Source: Octopus bimaculoides (lineage: Eukaryota). Taken from it: DNA of 64,000 bases. Positions 38,001 through 48,100 of this stretch are shown in pieces. Numbering within the stretch: the first letter of the stretch is position 1; each line of letters opens with the position of its first letter. Position numbers and translations under genes: made by a program. Under the pieces are notes generated by a model. The model saw only the letters and a program-made list of their open reading frames with translations. It was not told the origin of the DNA and searched no databases. The stretch covers positions 17,530,483 to 17,594,482 of the forward strand of contig NC_068991.1 in assembly GCF_001194135.2 (NCBI RefSeq), in the 5' to 3' direction.

Positions 38001-40015
38001 GGAGACTTACGGTAGTGGAGAAGAGATAATTTGGTGGCATAGGCAGGGAATCAATGTAAAATGTGGGTGGAGAGGACAGTATTAAGAATGAAAAATGAAT
38101 AACAAGTGTGAAATGGTTCCAGGTGATAAGAGGACTAAGTTGTATAAAGGAAAAGCTGGTATAGTCTGCAGTTCTACTCATAGCTACAGCAGTTGTGTGT
38201 ATGTGTGTGTGTGTGTGTGTGTATATATAAAAAATATATGCACACACTTTTTGTTGTGTTTACATTGATTTTCACATCCTTACATGGGTGGGATAGTTTT
38301 TCTATTGGCGCAATTGATTTTTTGTAGTTGAATACACTTCCAATCACAAACCACTCAACCATGAAGTAGGTGTGGATCATGATTCTTTTTGCTTGCTAGG
38401 ACAACTAGTGCAAACAAAAGTTATAGCTGAGGTGGTTCCCAAAGTACCTTTATACGACACTGACTAAAGTTGCTCTTTTGTGTCAACCCTCAGATCTATC
38501 ATTATCAATGCATCAGTCCCACAAGCTTCAATACTTGGCCAACTCTCATTCTCAGTTTGTGTAGATCAGTGGCTCCCCCCCATAATTTTTTGTCTTTTTA
38601 GCTCAGTTGCTGCATTCTAAGCATGGCATTTTATGAACAGCTCTTTACATGTTTTCTAAAATAGAAAGGAAAAGACAAAAACAAACATTATTCTAAATGA
38701 AGTGACGCTAATTTTGCACAGTGGTTTATTATTCCATCTAGCTTGAAATGATTTGCATAGATTTGTAAGTACCCCTTTTATAAAACTTTTTCTTGAAATT
38801 ACTAAATAAGGTAAGGACTTTGTCACCATCCACATTTAATATCAACTTTTCCATGCTTGCATGATCAGACAGAACTAGTTGAGGCATATTTTCTATGACC
38901 AGATGCCCTTCCTTTTGTCAACACTCACTTGCTTCTATGCAAGGTAGTATTTCCCATTGACATACGTTTTTCAAACACTTGTAAGACAGTAATGTTCATT
39001 TACAACCATCACATGATACCAAAACAAGAGTGAACATGCACGTATACACACACACACACACACAGAGGCTTCTTTTGGTTCCTAGGTCACCCCAGGCTCT
39101 AGTAGAAGACACTTGTATAAGGTGCCATCCACTGGGACTGAACCTGAGAGCACATGGTTGAGAAGTACAGTACATTCACACTTCAAGACACTGTGTTGAT
39201 TCATGATGCCAAAATCAAGGGATACCACCTTTTTCTACCTATCTGTATAAAAGGTGGTGGTGGGGAGCTCCTCCAGAAGCTAAAATCATATCAGTACAAG
39301 GTTTCAAATGTCCAGTGTACAAACACCTTATCACTCTCATCTTCAAAGAGGCCACAAATCAATGAACTACTTTTGAGCTCAGATGTCCAATGAGGTTATT
39401 GTTTATGATAGGCAAGGGCAACTTTCATCAAGAAGCAGACTGCATGAGATATGGTTATATTATCAGGCAGGCTGCACTTCAAAAAAAAAAAATTTCAAGG
39501 TTATTTTATTTTGTTAGGCATGCCATTCATAAAATCCTGTATGCTGCAGGCTGCCCATGCCTGGTTTATTAAAACACACAAATGTTTTAAATGTATTTCA
39601 GTCAGGGATATAACACAATGGTTATAGTAAGGTTTTGAAAACTTGTATTGATGTGGTTAATAATTTAGAACCTTAATATCACAGCTAATATACCACACAC
39701 ACACACGTATGTACATGCACAAATATAGAAAAGTAATATCTAAATATATAAAGAGACATGTACATGTGAGCAGCTCTGGTCAATATACTTTGCTGCAAAT
39801 GAATTAACAAATTTAAGTCACAAACATGGCTGTATGGTTAAGCAGCTTGCTTTTTGACCATGTAGTTTTGGGTTCAGTCCCATTAGCACCTTGTACAAGT
39901 ATCTTCTACCACAACTCCAGACTGACCAAAGCCTAGTGAGTAGATTTGGTGGATAGAACCTGAAAGAATCCCACCATATATATGTATATGCAGTATGTAT
40001 GTATGTATATATGTA

Positions 40016-40056
<41 letters not shown>

Positions 40057-40855
40057 ACGCGCGCGTGCATCTGCTTGTCTTAACATTACAATGGTTGCAA
40101 ATAAAGTGTCACTGTCATATAAATGGTGCCATTCATTTCCAATCCAATCTCCTGTGGAAAACATGCTTGGCCTTAAGACGAAATATTACAGGTGAGGGTT
40201 GCAAAACAAGAACGGCATCCCACTGTAGAAAACCTGCTTTAACTATGTGTGAACCATGCTAGCATGAAAAAAATGGATGTTAAAACAACAGGGATGATGA
40301 TGATGATGATGTGTACAAAAGAACAAAAAAAAAAAACATGTTTAATGTTGCAATAAATCTAAATTTGTAGATGTAGAAGCTTACAGTTGCTGCTTGCCAA
40401 TTCCATTTTTATAACTTTTTTTTTTTTTTANNNNNNNNNNNNNNNNNNNNNNNNNNNNNNNNNNNNNNNNNNNNNNNNNNNNNNNNNNNNNNNNNNNNNN
40501 NNNNNNNNNNNNNNNNNNNNNNNNNNNNNNNNNNNNNNNNNNNNNNNNNNNNNNNNNNNNNNNNNNNNNNNNNNNNNNNNNNNNNNNATAACTTTTTTTT
40601 TTTTTAAAGTATAAAATTTATATGAAGTGCTCTGTAAATAATTCAGTATCTATCCATATTTCTGTATAACAGGAACAGTGGCAATTACTCTTCTTGATCT
40701 GGTGGAACAGCAAGAATCAAACTTACAACCAAGCGTATTTTTTCATTATATTTTCGTTTGAGCCTCCAATTCATTTCATGCCAAACTAAGAATTTTTCGT
40801 TTTCATTAATATGAATTTTACACAAATGTACATACATGTGTGTGTGTACATTTGT

Positions 40856-40897
<42 letters not shown>

Positions 40898-41096
40898 ATT
40901 TGTGCATGTGTATGTGTGTGTATAACCTGACCCATGCAAGCATAAAAACATGAATGTTAAATGATGATGAAAAACATTACACAGCATTATGATAAATAAA
41001 TACAAGGTAAACCTACAAGTGTGTGTCTTTAATATATACACTAGATACATATGTATACAATTTTGATAGTTTTAAGCTTACATTAATCTCTCTCTT

Positions 41097-41143
<47 letters not shown>

Positions 41144-44100
41144 NNNNNNNNNNNNNNNNNNNNNNNNNNNNNNNNNNNNNNNNNNNNNNNNNNNNNNNNN
41201 NNNNNNNNNNNNNNNNNNNNNNNNNNNNNNNNNNNNNNNNNNNNNNNNNNNNNNNNNNNNNNNNNNNNNNNNNNNNNNNNNNNNNNNNNNNNNNNNNNNN
41301 NNNNNNNNNNNNNNNNNNNNNNNNNNNNNNNNNNNNNNNNNNNNNNNNNNNNNNNNNNNNNNNNNNNNNNNNNNNNNNNNNNNNNNNNNNNNNNNNNNNN
41401 NNNNNNNNNNNNNNNNNNNNNNNNNNNNNNNNNTCATCAAACTGTTTCTGTCATTTATGACTTTGTGTGTGTGTGTGTGTGTGCGCGCGCGCGCGCGCGT
41501 GCCTATGTGTATGTGTGTTACTGAGAGGGAGGGAAAGAGATTAAAACTGAGTGTAAAATTTCAAATATTCTCACTACCTTGGTTATATGTGCAACTATTC
41601 TGGTTTTATAAAAAAAAAAAATTTACATTGGTACATGTAATGCGAGTTCCATAGCCAAATATTCTCTAAAATCTATACAACCAGACTGAAAAGAAATCCA
41701 ATCTCACCAGCTAAGCCAAGTAACAGTAATAACTCTGTGTACTACTACAGTCTGTTCTCCACAGCCTCTACAGATGTTCTGTATGACCAGTTAGTCTGTC
41801 CACAGCTAAATAAAACCATAACAGTGGATGTCCAGTCAACTGTGCAGCATCTACAACCAATTTCAGCCACACCTTTCATCGAAGAGGTCAAGATCAATGA
41901 AATCCAGTCAAATCCAGCTCAATTTAGCTATGATGACACATTTTAACAAAACAACTTTCATTCCATTGCAGATTCTATTGAACAGCCACTTAATTATTTT
42001 AAAATTATAATAATATATATATATATTATTTTGTTTAAAAGAGTTCCAACTCTGTCTGTTTTTTATATTTTATTTATATTCTTGTAAAATTAATGTGGGA
42101 TATAGAATATGGAATATTCCGAAAAAAAAAAAGGAAAACCGTTGGAAAACAGTTTATAGCAGAGATTCCAGCAAATAAGATCTGAAGAAGGAATTGTAAT
42201 TCCGAAATATCATCGGACTATAGATAACCAAGTTACAACAGGTATATAATCCATTTTTTTGTTCTATAATGCATTGTTATACCATTCTAAACTTTTTATT
42301 CTTTACAAATAAAATAATATATTCCTCTATACACGATCATACAAAACCCTTTTTTTTTGTATTTATTTTTATTCACATATATATACATATACAGATGACA
42401 ACAAATACATTTATACATAAGCTGTGACTAGTATGGAATATAATACATCTACTTTTCCATTTTTGCATGGGTCAGATGGAATTTGTTGAGGCAGATTTTT
42501 CTATGGCCAACTGCCCTTCCTGTTACCAGACCTCACCTGTTTATAAGCATGGTAATATTGCCTCATGTTTAGCACGCCAGGCAAAATGCTTCGTGGTATT
42601 TCGTATGTCTTTATATTCTGAGTTCAAATTCCACCGAGGTCAACTTTACCTTTCATCCTTTCGGGGTCGATAAATTAAGTACCAATCACATACTGGGGTC
42701 GATCTAATCGACTGGTCCCCTCCCACAAAATTTCAAGCCTCGTGCCTAGAGTAGAAAAGAATATTGCCTTATGATCAGAAATGTTTTTCATGGAGGACTG
42801 AAAATAAACAACATCACTTTTATGACAATGATGTCAAGTTAATGGTACACACTAAAACACACATACGCATATGTGGTTATGTGTGTATATCTTTTATCTA
42901 TTTCAGTCATTAGACTCCAGCCATGCTGCGCCACTGTCCTGAAGAATTTTATTCGAATGAATCAACCCCACAACTTATTTCTTTTTAAGCTTAGTACTTA
43001 TTCTATTGGTCTCTTTTGGCGAACCACTAAGTTACAGAGAAGTAAACACATCAATACTGGTTGTCAAATGGTGGTGGGGGACAAACACAAACACAAAGTC
43101 ACACACATATATAACAGGCTTCTTTCAGTTTCCATCTACCAAATCCACTCACAAGGCTATAGTAGAAAACACTTGCCATGCAGTGGGACTGAACTCAGAA
43201 CCATGTGGTTGGGAAGCAAGCTTCTTATCACACAGCCACACCTGCACCTATATGTATATACACTATCTAGCTATCTACNNNNNNNNNNNNNNNNNNNNNN
43301 NNNNNNNNNNNNNNNNNNNNNNNNNNNNNNNNNNNNNNNNNNNNNNNNNNNNNNNNNNNNNNNNNNNNNNNNNNNNNNNNNNNNNNNNNNNNNNNNNNNN
43401 NNNNNNNNNNNNNTATATATATATATATATATATATATATTAGTAGATATATACAGGGTGCGGGGTGCAGTGAATAAATTGTTGTCTAGATTACGCAAAA
43501 ATGAAAATAACACTGACATATCATTTTAACAGATATATTTACCAAAATTACATAAAAATATCTTGAAATACTAAAGAGTAAATTTATTCAATAAAATTGC
43601 CATTGGCTTCAACCACAGCCTCCAGATGAATTCAGTATCTCCTGCAACTCTTCTGGATGGTCTCCTTGATTAAGTTGGTGAATGCTGCCATAATCCTTGC
43701 CAGTCTCTTGTGCAACTGCACCCCACAAATAATAATCAAGGGGGTTGCAGTCTGGGGAGTTAGGTTGCCAGATGTTACGGGTGATGTGGTTGCAGAAATT
43801 GTCTGACAGTCATGACTGGGTTCTCCTGCTTGTGTGGCATGGTGCAGAGTCCTATTGCTAGGCATAGGGTCTTCCAGCAGCCACCCTCTTCACCCAGGGC
43901 AGCACTACCTATCTCCTATAGGCACTTGATGTAGGCCTCTGTGTCGAGTCCGAGGCCATGTAGGAAGATGAATGGAGGCATAACATCGCCATCACTAGTG
44001 ATCACTCCAAACACCATGATGTTGACTGGATGTTTGATTTTTATCACTCTTGGTACATGTTTTGAGGACACAGCATGCCAACAGTTGTTCTGTGTGTGTT

Positions 44101-45122
44101 CACCATCTGATGCTGGTGAAAATTTTTCGTGTCTGAGAAAAACTAAAGCATGTTCAGTTGGATGGGATACTTGAGTTTGTTCACAAGCTTTATAGTGTGG
44201 TCTTTCCTCTTGTCCTTGATGGCTTGGGATAAAAATTGGTTCTTTCTCATCTTGTATGAGGAGTACCAAATGTCTTCATGCACTACCTGCCTGATAAGAA
44301 AGTCAGACACTCCCAAGTCTCTGGCAATGGACCTGACTGACTTGGCAGGATCATTGTCACACACGACCTGGATCTCACCAACAAATTCAGGAGTTCTTTT
44401 CTTATCAAAACGATAAGAGTGAGTTTTCCGAGCAGCTGTGCCTTCGTAATCACAATTAGACTCCTCCAACTCTTTCTGAATCCTCTGCACTCTCCTCAGA
44501 TTGACACCCAAACACTCTGAAATGTTCATATTGGAGCTTCTGGCGCGAATGCCAAGCAGTACAGCATGTTGTTTCCAAATTTTTGGCAGAGTGAATTGCA
44601 TTATGGTGCTGTTTTTCTCACAGTTGGTGACCAACTGACCCCATTATATTATGTAGTTGACAAAATCAAAAACAATGTGCATGCATGAAACTAAAAATAT
44701 AAAATGGCAACAATTTACCCATCGCACCGTCTATATATATNNNNNNNNNNNNNNNNNNNNNNNNNNNNNNNNNNNNNNNNNNNNNNNNNNNNNNNNNNNN
44801 NNNNNNNNNNNNNNNNNNNNNNNNNNNNNNNNNNNNNNNNNNNNNNNNNNNNNNNNNNNNNNNNNNNNNNNNNNNNNNNNNNNNNNNNNNNNNNNNNNNN
44901 NNNNNNNNNNNNNNNNNNNNNNNNNNNNNNNNNNNCATACACACAAACAAATATATACCTACATAAAAACCATCTATTTATCTATCTATCTACCTATCTA
45001 ATTTTTTTCTTTTATAAATGAAATGAAACCAAGAGGTTCACTAACTGTTTTGATATAAAATCAAGAAGATACAACTTACGTTTCTCAATCTTCGATCATT
45101 TTCCTCTTTCAAATGAGTTGTC
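1240..45122 (-). CDS. LMO7: LMO7/LIMCH1-family gene, partial (16 exons; CH C-terminus, DUF4757-like region, PDZ, coiled coil; 5' CH exons and 3' LIM exons not in the model)
   Basis: All exons have GT-AG boundaries and consecutive phases match. Spliced peptides resemble LMO7/LIMCH1: EENDRRLRN|VAVTIFFLGK...FKGPQIDPNAFAGL (CH end; human LMO7 from memory ETDRRVKNVLITLYWLG...GPHLNLKAFENL), DPLQFIK, EEDWSQ|NLASWKFRRQS, KTFKEMVEDR, and PDZ KGFGFLIRGG...GSAADICELRPRDRIVSIN...IELRVRRY. LMO7 is preferred over LIMCH1 because a PDZ is present. Confidence 0.9.
1828..2210 (+). mobile_element. tRNA-derived SINE, full length
   Basis: A-box (tggcccagtggttagg) and B-box (ggtttcgattccc); second full copy inverted at 57037-57424. 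Confidence 0.88.
3145..3446 (-). CDS. LMO7: LMO7-like exon o (302 nt), acidic stretch plus coiled coil
   Basis: tttgtcag|GT...AAG|gtaaga; phase 1 to 0; ORF 3064..3453 with E/Q/R/K heptad-like composition. Confidence 0.92.
3812..4465. mobile_element. Foldback/MITE-like element with terminal inverted repeats of at least 119 bp
   Basis: 3812-3930 is the reverse complement of 4347-4465 with one mismatch; the interior is partly N. Confidence 0.75.
6284..6363 (-). CDS. LMO7: LMO7-like exon n (80 nt), SNLPEYNFNVELTYGEKVADRSSDDE
   Basis: ttttcttactttcatag|A...GAA G|gtgaga; phase 2 to 1; NAGNAG (TAG AAG) acceptor. Confidence 0.9.
6415..6737 (+). mobile_element. Possible solo LTR
   Basis: Starts TGTTAG, ends ACAACA, internal AATAAA; no TSD found; first ~60 bp duplicated across a 10-N gap. 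Confidence 0.45.
8033..8223 (-). CDS. LMO7: LMO7-like exon m (191 nt), VRLQTTIAKDQP...ATMYNKG
   Basis: atctctctag|GTA...AAA GG|gtaaga; phase 0 to 2. Confidence 0.88.
9020..9152 (-). mobile_element. RTE-clade LINE ORF2 C-terminal fragment
   Basis: Translates GRGKPKKTWDELLKDNLRTLDLTEEMTR, matching the RTE GRGRPRKTW...DL motif. Confidence 0.75.
9917..10127 (+). mobile_element. SINE family B; copies at about 42565-42765, 49650-49830, 49858-50080 (+) and 63185-63385 (-)
   Basis: Shared gctggcagaatcgttagcacgcc...gagttcaaattc...gtcgactttgcctttcatcc...aagtaccagtt block with a B-box-like motif. Confidence 0.8.
10180..10549 (+). mobile_element. HINE/DINE-1-like non-autonomous Helentron derivative
   Basis: 5' ttattaccttcgcc...ggcggatgtattgttttc plus gtttgtttgtctgtc; 3' ccttgacggaggtttgtgctccctgagtgctcttggtt; sub-terminal inverted repeats; T-rich flanks. 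Confidence 0.65.
10786..11234 (-). CDS. LMO7: LMO7-like exon l (449 nt), Ser/Pro-rich
   Basis: tttttgttctcag|AT...CAG|gtgaga; phase 1 to 0; ORF 10699..11244. Confidence 0.92.
11368..11670. mobile_element. hAT (Charlie-type) MITE
   Basis: Termini cagtggtcttgaaa / tttggaaccactg; 8-bp TSD gtcaagat / gtctagat (7 of 8, NTCTAGAN-like). Confidence 0.8.
12679..12742. repeat. (GA)n microsatellite; (TA)n, (CA)n, (ATT)n and (GAT)n tracts occur throughout and flank most N gaps
   Basis: Directly visible. Confidence 0.95.
12796..12976 (-). CDS. LMO7: LMO7-like exon k (181 nt), ANYATPITRLTKTE...PNMQTKA
   Basis: ttcttacttgcag|GCT...GCA G|gtttgt; phase 0 to 1. Confidence 0.87.
13183..13316 (-). CDS. LMO7: LMO7-like exon j (134 nt, or 110 nt with donor at 13207)
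   Basis: ttttgttcttccaatag|CA; donors GAG|gtaata (13207) and CGT|gtatgt (13183), both phase 0. Confidence 0.85.
13615..13776 (-). CDS. LMO7: LMO7-like exon i (162 nt), PDZ C-half GSAADICELRPRDRIVSIN...GQIELRVRRYLRG
   Basis: ctaactgtag|GA...GGA G|gtaata; phase 1 to 1. Confidence 0.95.
13944..14750 (+). mobile_element. Degenerate piggyBac relic (left end and N-terminal transposase)
   Basis: TTAA|CCCTTTAG at 13944; frameshifted TSMEEIKA..GM..LMRVVDLPSYRDYW at about 14610-14700, matching the piggyBac EEIKAFLG..LMG...LPSYRDYW motif. Confidence 0.7.
15167..15287 (-). CDS. LMO7: LMO7-like exon h (121 nt), PDZ N-half DFVERTIKISQSLKSEKGFGFLIRGGVDQNTPVVVHRIEL
   Basis: tattttcag|GAT...TTG G|gtaagt; GFGF carboxylate-binding loop; phase 0 to 1. 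Confidence 0.95.
16020..16260 (+). mobile_element. Possible second piggyBac transposase fragment (DNYFTS region)
   Basis: Frameshifted TYFNS / PTLEETLRNR / RKKGKHKAW / MAAII; heavily degenerate. Confidence 0.45.
19250..20140. mobile_element. Mariner-family element built from two inverted 5' ends
   Basis: tgatcaataagtatccggact at 19257 and its reverse complement ending 20140; both arms continue into MTEKV(EQRICIKFC) transposase starts, pointing inward. Confidence 0.85.
24614..24661 (-). CDS. LMO7: LMO7-like exon g (48 nt), VDSSETDEGWIKDECE
   Basis: ttttgtttttcctaaag|GTT...GAG|gtaaga; symmetric phase 0. Confidence 0.85.
25005..25390 (-). mobile_element. Abundant tRNA-headed SINE family A with internal microsatellite; other copies at about 7738-7890, 39820-40010, 50408-50495, 54724-55415 (+) and 7400-7520, 29930-30250, 34560-34690, 39060-39160, 42893-43250, 63730-63945 (-)
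   Basis: Shared head ggcgcaggagtggctgtgtggtaag...gggttcagtcccactg...ccttgggcaagtgtcttctactatagcctc and tail ccagcatggccgcagtcaaatgactgaaac. Confidence 0.85.
26569..27141 (-). CDS. LMO7: LMO7-like exon f (573 nt), low-complexity N/S/P-rich
   Basis: tttgacag|AGT...AAG|gtaggt; phase 0 to 0; ORF 26560..27096. Confidence 0.9.
28620..29575. repeat. 22-bp minisatellite (ctgtatggtatgttgcgtgtgt)n
   Basis: Directly visible tandem units, two internal N gaps. Confidence 0.95.
29598..29673 (-). CDS. LMO7: LMO7-like exon e (76 nt), EKRKSFKNFNSTDDGTENDSLPASD
   Basis: ttctatattttcag|A...GAT|gtaagt; phase 2 to 0, exactly what is needed to bridge exons d and f. Confidence 0.9.
31940..32064 (-). CDS. LMO7: LMO7-like exon d (125 nt), NLASWKFRRQSRK...KTFKEMVEDR (DUF4757-like)
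   Basis: ttgcag|AAC...GAC AG|gtaaat; phase 0 to 2. Confidence 0.92.
33379..33680 (-). CDS. LMO7: LMO7-like exon c (302 nt, or 269 nt from acceptor at 33647), ...DPLQFIKPKSNPLVVTAQKQI...DTEEDWSQ
   Basis: Two in-frame phase-1 acceptors (ctgctag|TG at 33680, cccgacag|AT at 33647); donor CAA|gtaagt; the 5' boundary is ambiguous. Confidence 0.88.
35295..35626. mobile_element. hAT MITE (MER5/MER20-like termini)
   Basis: taggagttctcaatc ... ggttgagaaccactg; flanks tggtaggg / ttataggg (6 of 8). Confidence 0.65.
35834..36266 (-). CDS. LMO7: LMO7-like exon b (433 nt), VAVTIFFLGKSVIALNFKGPQID...STPNLYD
   Basis: tttcttttatctttcctcaaag|GTT...GAC G|gtaaga; phase 0 to 1; ORF 35727..36245. Confidence 0.93.
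36380..36785. repeat. 21-bp minisatellite, core attaatgattcataatggcag
   Basis: Tandem units visible; about five identical units in the centre. Confidence 0.9.
43454..44731 (-). mobile_element. Full-length but inactivated Tc1/mariner transposon, DD37D (maT-type)
   Basis: TA-flanked termini cagggtgc...aataaattgttgtc / ggcaacaatttacccatcgcacc; HTH ORF 44143..44634; QxDSAPCHTS...WQPNSPDCNPLDY with 37 residues between the last two Asp; stops and frameshifts. Confidence 0.9.
45080..45122 (-). CDS. LMO7: LMO7-like exon a (43 nt), TTHLKEENDRRLRN
   Basis: ctttttctttgcag|G ACA...AGA AAC|gtaagt; phase 2 to 0; matches the short CH-end exon peptide. Confidence 0.88.
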
Positions 45123-48100
45123 CTGCAAAGAAAAAGGTGAAAGAATTATCTATTATCACCACTCTCATTGACATCTAACCTAATTATTATCCTTTTATGT
45201 GTATTTATTTTGCCAGGTTATCCTGGGTTGGAAATGTTTGCAATACAATACTTCTCCATATTGCTTCTACGTTTGGAAGGAGCTTTATTTTACATGTAGC
45301 TGCATCTCCCTGCTCCTTGCTTGGATTTCCAATTTCTCAGTAACATCTAATGCAACCCTACATTGAAACTAAGGCCCCAAATTTGTTGGTGGAAGAGTGT
45401 AATAAAATTGGAATCAAAACCTAAATAGACCATGTAACCTGGTGTGACCTCTGGCATTCGCCAGTTCCTGTCAAACTGTCCAACCATGCCAGCACGGAAA
45501 ATGGATGTTAAATGATGATGACGATGAAGGATCCTTTCTACTATAGGCATAAGGCCTGAAAATTTGTGGGGAGGGGCTAGTTGATTACACCAATCCCAGG
45601 GCTCAACTTATACTTATTTTATCATCCCCAAAAAGATGAAAGGCTAAGTCGACCTCGTCGGAATTTGAACTCAGAATGTGAAAATGAAGAAATGCTGCTA
45701 AGCATTTTTTGGGGAGGGTGGGGGACTAACATTTCTACCTTAATTTTAAAAATATATATATAAGGGAGCCCATTGTATACAGTACTCAGGTGCATTACAT
45801 TTTGTTGGAAAAGGTTAAGAGAAAAGAAAGAAAGCAGTCATATAGGTAAAGAAAGACAGCAATGAAAAGTTAGAAGTACACTCACAGCACACAGAATAAA
45901 ACACAAAAAGACAGAAAAATGAATATCAAAAAACTCATTAAGAGGGAAGGGTGCATAGATATGTCAGGAGTAGTATTGACAAATATTGGGAACCATAAAA
46001 TTTTTGAAGGTTGCAATGTCCTGACAGCTAATAACTGATGTAAGTATTTAATTCCATGCTTTGACAATTCTGAGCATGAAAAAATATTTTCAAAAGTTAT
46101 GGGTGCTCTGTTGTTTTAAATTTTATAAGCATGTGATGATTAGTAGAGGTAACTGAACCAGTATATGCCTGGTACTTACTTTATAATTCCAGAAGATATC
46201 AAAAATAAACTCAGCAAAATTTGAACGCAAAATTTAGACAGCTGAAACAAAACATGGCAAGACAATTAACCCACCATTCTACCATGTCTGCCGACAACCA
46301 ACTGCCTTCACTGGTAACAAACAACAGCTGCAATTTTCAGTTCCTAATGAATACATAAACTGCCCTCTTGTGAGGGCAATACAAACCAGAAGATAAGGAG
46401 GAAGATGTGGGATGGATCTCCAAACACAAAACTAATAGCATTTCAGAACTTTTAGAAGAGTTTGACAAGTTCAATTGACATGCAGAATGTGGACAAACTT
46501 TATTTATTGAAAAAAAAAGAACAATATTTAGACAAGTAAACAAAAATGGAAGTAACAACAATATAAAAATAAAAAGAAATAAAGAAGCATGCACACTCCT
46601 TCGATTATACATCATGCCATGGGACACTGGAATTTTCCCCGTAAAATTCTTGAGGCAATCCAAAACACTCGCAACATTACTGCAGATAACAACGCTGAAG
46701 AACTGGAACGGCCAGGCATCCTCACAGAGCATTCTCTAATACTTGAGTGAAATGGGAAACTCACACAAAGTGAAAAACCTCCATGCCAGAGGTTTAGGCT
46801 TTGAATGTCTCAAATGCCACAGGTTGAAAAATGTAAATTACTGATAAATTTTAGTGACTTATACTTGATTTAATTAACTTTTGCTAAAGCACACCCCTAC
46901 CAGTTTCCTCAAATTTCAGATGTTACCTTACAATAACAATACAATCGGTTGTATGATAGCTCTAGTTACTCAGGTGAAAGATTAGAAGTCAACAATTACA
47001 TTGTCCTAAAAGTCAAAATGTTGGGTTCACAGTCATAAAGTTGTGGGTTAAATTCTCAGACCAAGCAGCTCCTATTTGTGTTCACTTATCTAAATTGTAT
47101 TCTGTATCTCATCTGAACTTATCAGTCTCTTCTACAACCTTTGAAATGCTGTTGGTTTTGCATTTGGGGATCCATCCAATATCTTGTTACTCTATCTCCT
47201 GGCATGTGTTTAGCTCATGAGGAAGCAGTTTACGTACTCTTTATTATATCCTAAAACAAGGCATTTCATTTCATATTGTTCCAGTAAACTCAATTGAAAA
47301 TGACTATCAGTGGTACCTGGGCATTAACCTTGTAGTGGGACTAGCATTACATTCAAGAGAGAGCCTTCTGCAAATGTCTTGGAAATCTAGATGAGCTTCA
47401 GCCTCACATGTCTGTAAGCTTGAAGACTTTTACAACAACTAGGCGTATGTTCTGCAGGTAAAATCAGGGACATAAAATGAAACCTTAGTAACACCTCACT
47501 TAAGCTAAGCACAGAAACATAAAAAAACATCACCTTATGCTCCAAAGGACTTTTAAGAGCCACCTGGTCAGCAGACAATATAAATACCTAACCCCTGGAT
47601 AGTAGTAATATCTGTTGAGAAATAGGGGACTATCATCTCAAATTTCTAGATGAATGAAATTGAGGTACATAAAATCAGAAGTATTTAATTCAATGCATTA
47701 TCTTCATTTGAACTGAAAATCTAAGAACTGCCAGTCACTATATCACCATATCCACTCAGCCATACAACCTCTGCCAACACACACTGGAATATAAGAATAC
47801 ATATTGACTTAAATAACAATAACAGCAACAAAGTGGGAGACGCATTCGAATGTTCTAGACTGACAAGATTTCTCTCGTAACTGGAAGTTTATCAGGTTTT
47901 GCTTATTTTTCAAGTTAAATACCATTTATTGTATTATTTCTTTTTCTTTCTTCTTTTCAAAAAAAAAAATAAGGTGTCTGTCTACGTGTTGCGTAGATAT
48001 ATGCATATATGTGAAAGTTGTAAGATTGTGTGTATATGTGTGTGCAAGGTGTAGGTTGTAAGGCGATGCAAAAAGCATATCTTCATATCACAAGACTGTA

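Noticed and set aside
46337-46732. 131-aa minus-strand ORF (MLCEDAWPFQFF...)
   Set aside because: No convincing donor, no LMO7 similarity, and the second half is T-rich low complexity
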